Both the position numbers and the translations under genes were made by a program. A model generated the notes under the pieces. That model ran no database searches. It saw only the letters and a program-made list of their open reading frames with translations, and was not told the origin of the DNA. A DNA stretch of 64,000 nt from positions 62,001 through 126,000 of IMG/VR virus record IMGVR_UViG_3300031997_000001. One strand, written 5' to 3'. Shown piece after piece: positions 1 through 9,184 of the stretch. The stretch's first letter is position 1; each line of letters begins with the position of its first letter.

Positions 1-487
1 CGAACACGTGCAGGTGCTGCCTCCCGAAGACTATGATTCCTACGTTCCAATATCTGCCATCCCAGACCGGCATCCGGATTCCAGCCCTCTGGCAGAAATC
101 TTCCAGCTCCTTCTTCTTGTTCTTGACGCCCTGGACGTGGGCTTCGTTCAGCATTCCCAGACAGTCCTCCGGCACTACGTCGAATAGCGAGGGCGCCTGG
201 GGATGGATTATGACGTCAGAATCAATGAAGGCTATCCGTCCATACTCCCGGAGATATTCCCTCATCTGGAGCTTCTCCCAGAACATCTGAATGTTGCTGG
301 GGTACACCCGCTCGGTGATGACCTCGAATGAGGCGCCGCACCGGTGGGCATAATCCGCCATGAGCGGATGGGTGAGCGAGGAAATCTGCTGGTAGGCTGG
401 ACCGATGGACACAGTGACTATCGCCCGGCGGGACCGGCCGGATTCATCGAAGACATAGGCTTGACCGTAGGTCATCCGTTCAGGCAT
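1..487 (-). CDS. GT-A fold glycosyltransferase (GT8/GT77-like), runs off the left window edge
   Basis: Hand translation from ATG at 487: MPERMTYGQAYVF...AIVTVSIG...FWEKLQM...IAFIDSDVII...YWNVGIIVF. Has a DxD motif and an NxG motif. Absent from the ORF track because it has no stop in the window. Confidence 0.8.
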   Translation of the reverse strand, partial: MPERMTYGQAYVFDESGRSRRAIVTVSIGPAYQQISSLTHPLMADYAHRCGASFEVITERVYPSNIQMFWEKLQMREYLREYGRIAFIDSDVIIHPQAPSLFDVVPEDCLGMLNEAHVQGVKNKKKELEDFCQRAGIRMPVWDGRYWNVGIIVFGRQHLHVF

Positions 488-490
488 AAA

Positions 491-498
491 CTATTTAC
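491..498 (-). promoter_or_regulatory. GTAAATAG promoter-like motif
   Basis: 3 nt upstream of ATG 487; also includes the upstream stop codon. Confidence 0.45.
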
Positions 499-1237
499 TG
501 AGAATCCTATAGATTTCTGGAAGAGCCGACTTTCCTGAACCCCAAAGATGAATGCACCGTTCGCGTTTATACGCCTGTAGAATTTGGTCTATTTTGCCGT
601 GCTCACTCCAATTATAGGTTATTGGGATTTCAGTTGGGGCAATCTTAAGCCGTGCAATGGCACGCGCGAGGGCTGGTTCATCTTGATTTGGGTCTCTGTC
701 CCATTCCATTGCCCAAGTCCGATAAATCAATTCAGTACGTTCAGATTTTGAGAATAAAACAAGTCCGCTATTGAAATGTTTGGTATCCGCCCCGGCCGTG
801 GCCAATGTCAACGCTTTGGATTTGACCGATGCGTACCATGCATCTTTTAGCCATGGTCGTTCCCTATCCAGCGTGATGCAGAAATCGTTGTTCTTGATGA
901 AGTTCCAGATATCTTCAATATTGCGTGGGATCATATCAGCATCGTGGCAGAGAGTAAAATCCCAGGGGCTAAGTTTATACGCGCGGATTTTGACGCCGCG
1001 ATGCCACCAGTCGCCTGACCCAGATACATACTCCATAGAAGTACTGGGGATAACTGCCCCCCTTTTATTAGACACAATTCGAATCGGCCATATCCAACCG
1101 ATCGCGCGAAGATGCGCAACCTGCCATTTCGCGTATTGGAGATAGCGATCATTTATTGCAATTATGAGCATTCCGCGTGTCTTATTCTGGCATATGACGG
1201 GAGTGCTGCCGGGCAGGTGTGCTGGTTTGTAAATCAT
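491..1237 (-). CDS. GT-A glycosyltransferase (GT8/GT77-like)
   Basis: TLCHDADM DxD motif, FNSGLVLF, QDEPAL, YNW, IHLWG; clear paralogue of 2418..3152. Confidence 0.85.
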   Translation of the reverse strand: MIYKPAHLPGSTPVICQNKTRGMLIIAINDRYLQYAKWQVAHLRAIGWIWPIRIVSNKRGAVIPSTSMEYVSGSGDWWHRGVKIRAYKLSPWDFTLCHDADMIPRNIEDIWNFIKNNDFCITLDRERPWLKDAWYASVKSKALTLATAGADTKHFNSGLVLFSKSERTELIYRTWAMEWDRDPNQDEPALARAIARLKIAPTEIPITYNWSEHGKIDQILQAYKRERCIHLWGSGKSALPEIYRILSK

Positions 1238-1884
1238 TCTTCTCTTTTATTACCCATCCACCCCGTATCGCTGCCGAATTTTTTCCTGTTCTGGATGACG
1301 CAAGCGCTCATGCCCCAATAGGGCAGAAGATGCTGTAAATGGTGAGCAATATATTGATCGATGCAAGTCGAAGAATCCTTTGGACCGCTCAGCGACAAGG
1401 CATTATACCTTTCTCTCAAGGCTCCTGCGATATTCGACGCCCACTGCGGATTTATTAGGTAGGCGTGGACATCTACGATCCCGTAGATCCTCCTCAGACT
1501 CGACGCGCCGTAGAAGTATAAGCAGGCCCATTCCTCTCGCCTTATTCTGGCAATTGCCAGCGCCATCCGCTGACGATCTCTAATACTTACATCGTCTTCC
1601 AAGATAATATATTCTCGTGTCTCTCGCGCTATCCTTTCAATTAACTCCAAATGACTCAAAAACGCGCCGCGCGTAGCACGATTTAGGAATCCAATTGCGC
1701 GATCTGGTGTCGGCGCGTCTATGCGTTCAAATTGAAAGCCACTCTCTTTAAGCTGCTTTTCCATGGAGAATCGGCGATCGCTGCGTACGGCTCGGTTGAT
1801 ATACAAAACCTTCGGCATTTTGGAGATCTTTACCTGACTCTTTATGCCAAATAAATGAAGTGGATTATATGTATGTTTCCGCAT
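1234..1884 (-). CDS. GT25-like glycosyltransferase
   Basis: YINRAVRSDRR..MEKQL..FERIDA..GAFLSHL..YIILEDD matches the GT25 (LPS biosynthesis) pattern. Confidence 0.85.
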   Translation of the reverse strand: MRKHTYNPLHLFGIKSQVKISKMPKVLYINRAVRSDRRFSMEKQLKESGFQFERIDAPTPDRAIGFLNRATRGAFLSHLELIERIARETREYIILEDDVSIRDRQRMALAIARIRREEWACLYFYGASSLRRIYGIVDVHAYLINPQWASNIAGALRERYNALSLSGPKDSSTCIDQYIAHHLQHLLPYWGMSACVIQNRKKFGSDTGWMGNKREE

Positions 1885-1887
1885 AGC

Positions 1888-2454
1888 CTATAATACCCTA
1901 AGATCAAACATTTTTGACGCAACGGCGAATCCTCGAGTCAGGAAGATGACACGAGGATACTTCGTTAAGGCGATTTCGTATCGGTGCCTTTGAGCATCGT
2001 GCAGACAAATAACGGAGTCATCTTTCATGATATCCAGAACAGATTCTACGCATTTTTCACGAGCCTCTCCATCAATAAAATAAAGATCGGCTTTCCCCGG
2101 TCTGTAATACGATTGTTCCGATGACGGAATTAACATCGCACGGAGAAAAGGGTGATGTTTTAATACGTTAAAAAACTTTCTTTGCGTTTCAATTGAAATG
2201 ACATAAGCGCCGGAAGCGAGGGCAATCTCAGTACTGCGTCCGGGGCCCCACTCCCATACGACCTTTGGTTTTACTTTTTTAAGAACGTCTTGATAAGACC
2301 TAACAAAAGAATGAATAGATTCGCAATTGCAATGTGGTGTGATACAATTACACCATGTGAAGGGATGGTCAAAATAGCTTAAATCACAAGATGGTGGTGA
2401 ATGCTTCTTGTGGTATATCATAATGCTGACATTAAATGTTTTAAACCACACCAA
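1888..2454 (-). CDS. Class I SAM-dependent methyltransferase-like protein
   Basis: VWEWGPGRST (motif I-like), LYFIDGEAR, CLHDAQR. Confidence 0.7.
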   Translation of the reverse strand: MVWFKTFNVSIMIYHKKHSPPSCDLSYFDHPFTWCNCITPHCNCESIHSFVRSYQDVLKKVKPKVVWEWGPGRSTEIALASGAYVISIETQRKFFNVLKHHPFLRAMLIPSSEQSYYRPGKADLYFIDGEAREKCVESVLDIMKDDSVICLHDAQRHRYEIALTKYPRVIFLTRGFAVASKMFDLRVL

Positions 2455-3152
2455 AAGTGTACTATCTTATTTGTTTTCAGTGCGGCTCTTGCTTCTCGAA
2501 TGCCTGAGTTATGATTCAACATGAAATTATATGTTAGAGGCATTTCTATTATAGGAGTTTTTGTAATACAAAGAGATCTACATAAGGCTGGTTGATCTTG
2601 TTTTCCACGCCATTCTAAATGCCACGTTCTAAATAAATTCTCGACTTCTTTGCATTTTCTATATAGCATGACTCCGCTGTTGTAGTATGGGAAATCATGC
2701 GGACATATCTTTATCGTATCGTTCCTCTCTTTGTTGTCCATAGGTCCGTTAAAGAGTTTCGGCGTTATCCTCTCTTGGACTATGGATAAGCAATTACCAG
2801 AGAATCGCCATATGTCCGATATGTCAGATCCCATTAACAAATCTGCGTCCAAGAAAAGTGTGTCCAAAAATGGCGTCAAGAAATATGAATTTATTTTATA
2901 TAAGTGGCCATTGTGTGAATTCATATCATGTAGTACTGGAATTTGCATTATCGGGACTGGAAAGCTATTTTCCACGTAATCAGAGAAAGCTATGATCGGG
3001 TATTGCCAACCTGACTTAAGAAGGCGCACGATCATAATACGCGCTAAACGACGGAATTCAGAGCCAAGACAGACTACTATTGCGCCGCGTGGTGCCTGTG
3101 GTTTGCGAATTTCAGGTAATAGGTGGGCGGGATTATAACTAAAGCTTTGCAT
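2418..3152 (-). CDS. GT-A glycosyltransferase (GT8/GT77-like)
   Basis: LFLDADL, YYNSGVMLY, QDQPAL, TYNF, IVHFW; paralogue of 491..1237. Confidence 0.85.
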   Translation of the reverse strand: MQSFSYNPAHLLPEIRKPQAPRGAIVVCLGSEFRRLARIMIVRLLKSGWQYPIIAFSDYVENSFPVPIMQIPVLHDMNSHNGHLYKINSYFLTPFLDTLFLDADLLMGSDISDIWRFSGNCLSIVQERITPKLFNGPMDNKERNDTIKICPHDFPYYNSGVMLYRKCKEVENLFRTWHLEWRGKQDQPALCRSLCITKTPIIEMPLTYNFMLNHNSGIREARAALKTNKIVHFWCGLKHLMSAL

Positions 3153-3885
3153 ATGGTATCTTGCTCAAGGCCGCAAATGGTTTTTTGAGCCTATTTAAGA
3201 GTTGTTGCCGTTGAAGCACAGTTTTTTGTTCGATAAAGAAATTGGCATGTGCTAATTTATCTAGTTTCCGCATTCTATCCGGACTTATCCAGTGGCCAAC
3301 GCAGGTCGTTCCATCGAATCCCCATGGATTTATTAGATTCGTACGACATATGTCCAAGGACATGTGACAGTTCTTTATCGCTTTACCGATCATGAGATCC
3401 TCGCCGCCGTCGTGCGTCTTATAGAAGGGGAATATTGCTTTCATGAAGTGCTGCGACATTGAATAACAGGCGCCGAATGGAAACTCTACGCTGTTTCTTC
3501 CCCATCGGGCGCAGATGTCGTGGGCTATGATGGGGATCCGGGTGATCCTATGCGGATGGATGTAAGTGTCGTCGTCGCATTTTATGATGAACTTGTAATC
3601 CATTTTCAGTGCATACTGCATGACTGCCTTCGTCTTCTGGGGCAGTCCACCATAGGTGTCGCTGCACCGCAGGGTCAGGATATTCCCGTCCAGCCTTGAT
3701 TCTACGGGGAGCTTCGGATCCCCGACGACGAACCGGGACTCGAAGAAGTCTGCTGGCAGCTTCGGCATCCAGGTCTCTGCGCAGGCCTGGCGCCTCCGCT
3801 TGGAATTCTCACTCTGACAGGAGAACACGAAGACCTGGATCTTGCCGGCTATCTTCGGGTCTTTGAAGTAGGGATGGATGTACAC
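3139..3885 (-). CDS. GT31-like (galactosyltransferase/fringe family) glycosyltransferase
   Basis: RRQACAETW, DTYGGLPQKT, FIIKCDDDTYI, EDLMIG motifs. Confidence 0.85.
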   Translation of the reverse strand: MYIHPYFKDPKIAGKIQVFVFSCQSENSKRRRQACAETWMPKLPADFFESRFVVGDPKLPVESRLDGNILTLRCSDTYGGLPQKTKAVMQYALKMDYKFIIKCDDDTYIHPHRITRIPIIAHDICARWGRNSVEFPFGACYSMSQHFMKAIFPFYKTHDGGEDLMIGKAIKNCHMSLDICRTNLINPWGFDGTTCVGHWISPDRMRKLDKLAHANFFIEQKTVLQRQQLLNRLKKPFAALSKIPYAKL

Positions 3886-3886
3886 C

Positions 3887-4102
3887 TCATCTCCCTGATT
3901 TTACCATCTCCGTCTTGTCGATGGCCCAATCCAGCCTGTGGACTGCGTCCAAGGTCGTCTCCGAATCCTCGATGATCCTGTCGACGATCCCGCCGTCCAT
4001 GCGCTGGTTGCGCCCCTCGTTGAAGAACTTCTTGGTTCCCTTGTCAAAAGTCCAGCCGCAGGCCTCGAGATAATCCTTGACGTCCTTTATGCTGGCAGTC
4101 AT
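3887..4102 (-). CDS. Hypothetical protein
   Basis: 71-aa ORF tightly packed in the operon, 4-nt overlap with the upstream gene. Confidence 0.7.
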   Translation of the reverse strand: MTASIKDVKDYLEACGWTFDKGTKKFFNEGRNQRMDGGIVDRIIEDSETTLDAVHRLDWAIDKTEMVKSGR

Positions 4103-4359
4103 CCCGTCCTCCCGAGCTCTTCAAGTTGGAAGGCAATTTCGTATAATTCCTGGGCCACCTCCGCGTTGGACGGCAGGATCTTCGCCGCGGCCTCCTTGAG
4201 GCCACTGGTGCGGCCGTCGAGCTGTCCGTCTGCCAGGATCTTGGAAATGAGGGAGAGCATCCTCTCCTGGATAGTCTTCTCGAGCTCGTCTGGGCCGACA
4301 TCCACGATGTCTCCCATGGCCTGAAGCCACTTTTCGCGCCATTCTTCTGGCTGTCTCAT
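4099..4359 (-). CDS. Hypothetical helical protein
   Basis: 86-aa ORF in operon context with GC-rich codon usage like its neighbours. Confidence 0.7.
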   Translation of the reverse strand: MRQPEEWREKWLQAMGDIVDVGPDELEKTIQERMLSLISKILADGQLDGRTSGLKEAAAKILPSNAEVAQELYEIAFQLEELGRTG

Positions 4360-4401
4360 GACTATAGATTATCTTTGGATTGGACTATGGGCGGGATGCG
4401 G

Positions 4402-5616
4402 CTACGCGGGGAGGACTTCGAATTTCGGAAGGGGGACTACCAGCCGAGTGCCGGATTCGATAAGCGCCTTCTCCCTCTCCCTGAACTCCGGCAGGAAGTA
4501 CCAGGGGAAGATGACGAGGAAGTCGGGCTTGGCAGCCCTCATCTCGTCCTCCGAGCAGATGCGGACGTTGGTACCGGGGGTGAACAGGTTGTACTTATCC
4601 GGATTTCGTTCAGCGATGGCTACCATAAAGTCAGGAGTTATGTTGCAATACTGCATTATAATCTGGCCCTTGGTCGACGCGCCGTAGCCGTAGACCTTCT
4701 TACCAGCCAGCTTCTGCTCAATTAGGAACTTCTGCATCTGGGTCTTGGAAGTGAGTGCCCGGTCGGCAAAATCCGCATATCCCCAAGTGAATGGTGTGTA
4801 TCCAGCCTGCTCATTACCTCGCGTGTTTCGGACGGAGTCGTCGATCCCATGCGCCCCCTTGCGGGAGACGAAGATCCTGAACGAGCCGCCGTTGATCTTG
4901 TTGAATTCGACCTTGAAGACCTCGAGATCCAGGCCGTCTAACAGGGGCTCAAACGTGCCGAGCCTGTAATAGACAACGTGCTCATGACACTGCGTGTCAT
5001 AGCTGTTCGAATTGAGGATGTCCTGCAGGTAGGCAAGTTCCAGGACCCAGATACCGTCCTTGTCGAGGCAGGCATCGATCCCCTCCACGAACCTCCGGGG
5101 CTCGTTCAAGTCGTAGAACATGGCGATCGAGGTTATGACCTTAGCCTTGGGGATCGGGACCGCGGCTGCGGTCAGCGGCGAGAAGTACTCGTTTATGAAC
5201 AGGTTGCAATTGGCGGGTACGATGTTCGAGGGGTCCACGCCGACTCTATTGACCGCCGAGTCAAAGCACCCTAGAGTGAACCCATCATTACAACCAAGAT
5301 CCAGGACGGTATCCCCGGGATTCAACGGCTTCACCTTCAGGACCGATTCGACCAGGCCCTTCAGGTGGTCCCGCATAGTCTGGTTTATGCTGGACCGGTA
5401 CCAATAGCTCTTGTACATCAGGTCGTAGTCGATCTTGTGCGCCAGCTGGACCAGGTCGCAGTTATGACACCGGACGAGCTTCAGGGGAATTAGCGGGCTT
5501 GGCGGGCTATCCTTCTCGTGGAACGCGTTGGCTATGCACTGCTCGCCGAGGTCCAGGAGGGTCCCGAACTCAGCACCTTGACAGACCCTACACTTCTTGA
5601 TTTCTGTAAAATTCAT
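4402..5616 (-). CDS. NDP-hexose C-methyltransferase (zinc-binding N-terminus plus class I MTase)
   Basis: CRVC..LLDLGEQ..AN..PLKLVRC..C.LVQL, VLDLGCNDG, HEHVVYY, GYGASTKG, AIAERNPDK, FPWYF is the typical C-methyltransferase architecture. Confidence 0.9.
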   Translation of the reverse strand: MNFTEIKKCRVCQGAEFGTLLDLGEQCIANAFHEKDSPPSPLIPLKLVRCHNCDLVQLAHKIDYDLMYKSYWYRSSINQTMRDHLKGLVESVLKVKPLNPGDTVLDLGCNDGFTLGCFDSAVNRVGVDPSNIVPANCNLFINEYFSPLTAAAVPIPKAKVITSIAMFYDLNEPRRFVEGIDACLDKDGIWVLELAYLQDILNSNSYDTQCHEHVVYYRLGTFEPLLDGLDLEVFKVEFNKINGGSFRIFVSRKGAHGIDDSVRNTRGNEQAGYTPFTWGYADFADRALTSKTQMQKFLIEQKLAGKKVYGYGASTKGQIIMQYCNITPDFMVAIAERNPDKYNLFTPGTNVRICSEDEMRAAKPDFLVIFPWYFLPEFREREKALIESGTRLVVPLPKFEVLPA

Positions 5617-5626
5617 AGCCTATGTA

Positions 5627-7300
5627 CTAAGCAATGGCATCCGCGAAGAGGGACAACTGCGGGAACATGTCCAGCGTCTCCTTGAGAATTTGCTGGGAAA
5701 TGCTTTTCCTGAATTCAGAATGTTCGACGTGGGAGAATCCAGCAGCGCTCAACATGTTTATGAGCGTCGTGCTGTCGTACATGGACGCGTGATTGGAGCA
5801 TGCCAGGGCGTGGAAGCGTTCCATCTGGGACTTCGCGTTCGCACACCCGTCATTGATCTCGTCGAAGGCGTCGAGGATGCCGTGCTTCAGGCCTTCCATG
5901 AGCTCGCCGGCGTTCGGCGTGATGATCCGGATGACGGCATCCTTCTTCATGACGCGCCTGCATTCCTTCAGGAACTTTTCCGCCTGCCGGTAGTCCAAAT
6001 GCTCTATGAGGTGGCTTGAATAAATCAAGTCCACGCAGCCGTCGTCGAATGGCATCCCCTTAGTCACGTCGTGCTGCCGGAACGTGAAGCCGTACTGCTG
6101 GGCCCACTGCTGGAGCGGCTGGATGTCCATGTTGACCCAGCCGAAGTGGGACATGACGGTGAAGCAGCCGACGTTCAGCTTGACCTTTCCGTCGCCCGGC
6201 GGCAGCTGCACGGGGCCTGACTCCAGGTCCTCCTTGCTGACGACTTCATGGCCCTTGGGAAGCCTCGCCTCCCACCAGGCCTTGTCGTGCATCGTACAGT
6301 GCGTCTTGTCGAAGCCGTCATCCTTATCCCCGAAGTCGACCCCATGAAGTCCCCGCTTGGAGACGCGCTCGAGCTCCTGGGCCAGCTCCGGAATCTTGTC
6401 CTCTGGAATGTGCTCCAGGGTAGCTATCGAGAAGCAGAGGTCGTACTCCTTGTCCTTGACCGGCCACGGAAACTTCGTCAGATCATGCTTGTGAACATGC
6501 TTAACGACCCTGGTGCCGTAACAATGCTTGGAGACTTCAAGTCCGCAGACGGGAATGCCTGCGTCCTCCAGGCGCTTGAGGATGTAGCCGCGGGCACAGC
6601 CAATCTCCAGGACGCTCTCTGGCTTGCGGTCCATGGCGTGCTTGAACGTCGTCCAGTGGACCGGGTAATCCCAATAGCCTTCCCTGGCATAGCCGCCGAC
6701 CCCACCACGGCCGCCATCGAAGTAAAGGCGATCGAAGGCCTTCTCACGCTGCTCCGGAGTCCAGGCCGCAGCGTTGATGGTCGGCTTGATTAACATAGGC
6801 TTCCTTGCCTCGATGACCATGTCCGTGTTGCAATTGGGATGCGGATTCACGACGACGTCCAAGAAGCCCGCCTCCTTGAACAGCCTGATAGCGAACTCGG
6901 GCGAGAACCCGCAGTGATGGGCGTTGGCCGTCCAGTCCTTGCCTACGTAGTTCTGGTCGCCGAACAGCATGCAGACGTACTTGTCCGTCCATTCCTGCAA
7001 GTTCACCAGCGTGCGACACTGCTCCAGCAGGTTGGCGGTTATGATGATCACGCCACCGCCCGGCTTGATTACCCGACATGTCTCGCTTATGAACTGGCGG
7101 ACCTTGCGCCAGGAGATATGCTCGATCAGGTACATCGAGAATACGCCGTCGTAGGTATTGTCTGGCTGCGGGAACGGTTCGTTGAGGTCGTGGACAATGT
7201 CGACGGCCGGTCCGGGCCGGATGTCCATATTGGGTCTGAACTGCGGCCGTTCACCCCCGCCGACCTCAAGGATGGCCTGTCCGGGCTGGAACTGGATCAC
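5627..7300 (-). CDS. Protein with three tandem class I methyltransferase domains
   Basis: Three motif-I plus EH blocks: LEVGGG..YLIEHI; LEIGCARG..ATLEHIP; LNVGC..SHLIEHL. Confidence 0.85.
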   Translation of the reverse strand: MIQFQPGQAILEVGGGERPQFRPNMDIRPGPAVDIVHDLNEPFPQPDNTYDGVFSMYLIEHISWRKVRQFISETCRVIKPGGGVIIITANLLEQCRTLVNLQEWTDKYVCMLFGDQNYVGKDWTANAHHCGFSPEFAIRLFKEAGFLDVVVNPHPNCNTDMVIEARKPMLIKPTINAAAWTPEQREKAFDRLYFDGGRGGVGGYAREGYWDYPVHWTTFKHAMDRKPESVLEIGCARGYILKRLEDAGIPVCGLEVSKHCYGTRVVKHVHKHDLTKFPWPVKDKEYDLCFSIATLEHIPEDKIPELAQELERVSKRGLHGVDFGDKDDGFDKTHCTMHDKAWWEARLPKGHEVVSKEDLESGPVQLPPGDGKVKLNVGCFTVMSHFGWVNMDIQPLQQWAQQYGFTFRQHDVTKGMPFDDGCVDLIYSSHLIEHLDYRQAEKFLKECRRVMKKDAVIRIITPNAGELMEGLKHGILDAFDEINDGCANAKSQMERFHALACSNHASMYDSTTLINMLSAAGFSHVEHSEFRKSISQQILKETLDMFPQLSLFADAIA

Positions 7301-8343
7301 AAGCTCTTCCAGACTTCGTGGTATCTTGGCCGGATCTTGTCCCAGGTGAACCCTTCCGCCTTCTTCCTGGCCGCCTTACCCATCCGGAGCAGCTTCGCCC
7401 TGTCTTCTTTCAGGCAGGTAATCCTGTCGGCGATGGCGCCCACGTCGCGCTTAGGGACGACAAAACCATCGACCCCGTCAGAGACTACGTCCGCTGCGCC
7501 AGCCCCGTCCGAGACGATAACCGGCCTCCCACGCATCATAGCTTCAAGGACCTCTATCCCGAATCCCTCGGTCACGCTGGGCTGCACATAGACGCACACG
7601 TCCCCGAACAGCTGGTTGATATTCTGGACGTAGCCCTTTATGTCGACAAGACCGCCGCCCTCCATGCGGATGACGGGCCGCATAGCATCCACATTGGCGC
7701 CTGCCAGGCGCATGAACGCGTCCGGATAATTCAGCTTACCCCAGGCCCTGATCAAGTAGATCAGACCCTTATCCGGCCCGATCTGGCCTAGGTATCCTAT
7801 GGAGAATGCCTCTGGGATCGGTAGTTCGTCTGCCGGGTCTACGCCGTGGGATACGACGCGGACATTGTGGCAGCCGAAGCCAGTCATGACGTTCGCACTT
7901 GCCTTGGAGGGGCAAATGACGACGTCGGCTGATTTGTATCCCTCGACGTAGGCCGCCCAGAGGATGGGCTCCGTTATGTGCGGCAGATCGTACGGGATGC
8001 CGAGCGTCTTGAATTCTTCCTGGCTTAGTCCGAGGTCGTGCGCCGCGGCGGTATAGGTAACCTTCGTCCCGGCGTCCTTGAGCCTGCGCACGGTCTTCGA
8101 GAACATGCCGGCGTAGAAGTGAGCCAGGTCATACTTCGTACTCTTGCCGACTACGACGGCATCGGCTACGTAGTCGAATGCGTAGGGGCTGTCAGGTATC
8201 CTGTATTTGGCTGGATTGATGTCTTCCCTACCGAGCGGATCGACGTCCCCGAGCTCTCGCAGGGCACGCAGCTCCTCCCGGGTGACTGCGCCGCCGCCCG
8301 TCGGAGTGCCTATCTGGTCTGCCGTACAAAAGAGGCTTCTCAT
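7297..8343 (-). CDS. GT4 family glycosyltransferase (GT-B)
   Basis: Start moved to MRSLFCTAD (ATGA overlap with the upstream gene). YLGQIGPDKG, YVQPSVTEGFGIEVLEAM, VSDGVDG motifs. Confidence 0.9.
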   Translation of the reverse strand: MRSLFCTADQIGTPTGGGAVTREELRALRELGDVDPLGREDINPAKYRIPDSPYAFDYVADAVVVGKSTKYDLAHFYAGMFSKTVRRLKDAGTKVTYTAAAHDLGLSQEEFKTLGIPYDLPHITEPILWAAYVEGYKSADVVICPSKASANVMTGFGCHNVRVVSHGVDPADELPIPEAFSIGYLGQIGPDKGLIYLIRAWGKLNYPDAFMRLAGANVDAMRPVIRMEGGGLVDIKGYVQNINQLFGDVCVYVQPSVTEGFGIEVLEAMMRGRPVIVSDGAGAADVVSDGVDGFVVPKRDVGAIADRITCLKEDRAKLLRMGKAARKKAEGFTWDKIRPRYHEVWKSL

Positions 8344-8966
8344 TTCTTGGGTCTTGCGATGAGGAAGTTGCCAGGCTCGAGCGTGAACTGGTAGGGGCGC
8401 AGGATAGACAGTTCCCTTCTGAGGTCCGCCTCCGACACGCCGGCATGGATCTCTATGACGATATGCGGGGCGAACTTCCTGATCGTCTCGCGCCCGCCGC
8501 GGATGACCTCCTGCTCTGCCGATTCGACGTCTATGTTGACGTAATCCAGGCGATCGATCTTGGCAGTGGATAGCGTCGACTCGCCGTTGCAAAAGGCGTC
8601 CAGCGTCGTGGCGTAGTAATTGCACTCCACCTGCTTCGGATCGCACTTGAAGGAGGAATTCCCAAATGGCAGGATCCAGATGCGGTCCATGAGCCCGGCC
8701 TGGTGGATGTGTCCGTTCGTGAAGCCGTTCAGCTTCGTGAACTCTTCTAGGAGCCCGACCGCGTAAGGCTTCGGATCGAACGAGTAGGTGATCCCGCCCT
8801 TGGCCAGGGCGTAAAGCGTCCACGATCCAGGGCCGAACCCGATGTCGAAGCAGACGTCGCCAGGCTTGACGGGCCAGTGCCTGTTGATGATGTCCTTGTC
8901 GTGGTAGAGAAGGCCCGCCTTATCGTACGGCGCCTTGAACAGGCCGTCTATCGTGATGGTACTCAC
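8340..8966 (-). CDS. FkbM family methyltransferase
   Basis: CFDIGFGPG, SFDP, TTLD, YVNIDVESAEQEVIRGGRETI..IVIEIH. Confidence 0.85.
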   Translation of the reverse strand: MSTITIDGLFKAPYDKAGLLYHDKDIINRHWPVKPGDVCFDIGFGPGSWTLYALAKGGITYSFDPKPYAVGLLEEFTKLNGFTNGHIHQAGLMDRIWILPFGNSSFKCDPKQVECNYYATTLDAFCNGESTLSTAKIDRLDYVNIDVESAEQEVIRGGRETIRKFAPHIVIEIHAGVSEADLRRELSILRPYQFTLEPGNFLIARPKK

Positions 8967-9184
8967 CTTGCCCCCGCCGCGAAGTTCGATTCCTTGACCG
9001 ATTTTGCGCGTCTTTCTAGCAACTCACGAGTCTGTTGTCGGGTACGTTGCCCAGTCTCCTCAAGCCAGAGCAGGCCAGCCGCGTCGTCTGGCGTAATGAA
9101 CGCTACGTCTCGAACTCCCGCCATTCGTGCATACTTTCTCAGATCGTTAAGCATGAAGTTTGCTATCTGCTTCGGGGTTGCCAT
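8963..9184 (-). CDS. Hypothetical protein (MATPKQIANF...)
   Basis: Start reassigned to ATG at 9184, overlapping the upstream TAA. Confidence 0.6.
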   Translation of the reverse strand: MATPKQIANFMLNDLRKYARMAGVRDVAFITPDDAAGLLWLEETGQRTRQQTRELLERRAKSVKESNFAAGAR

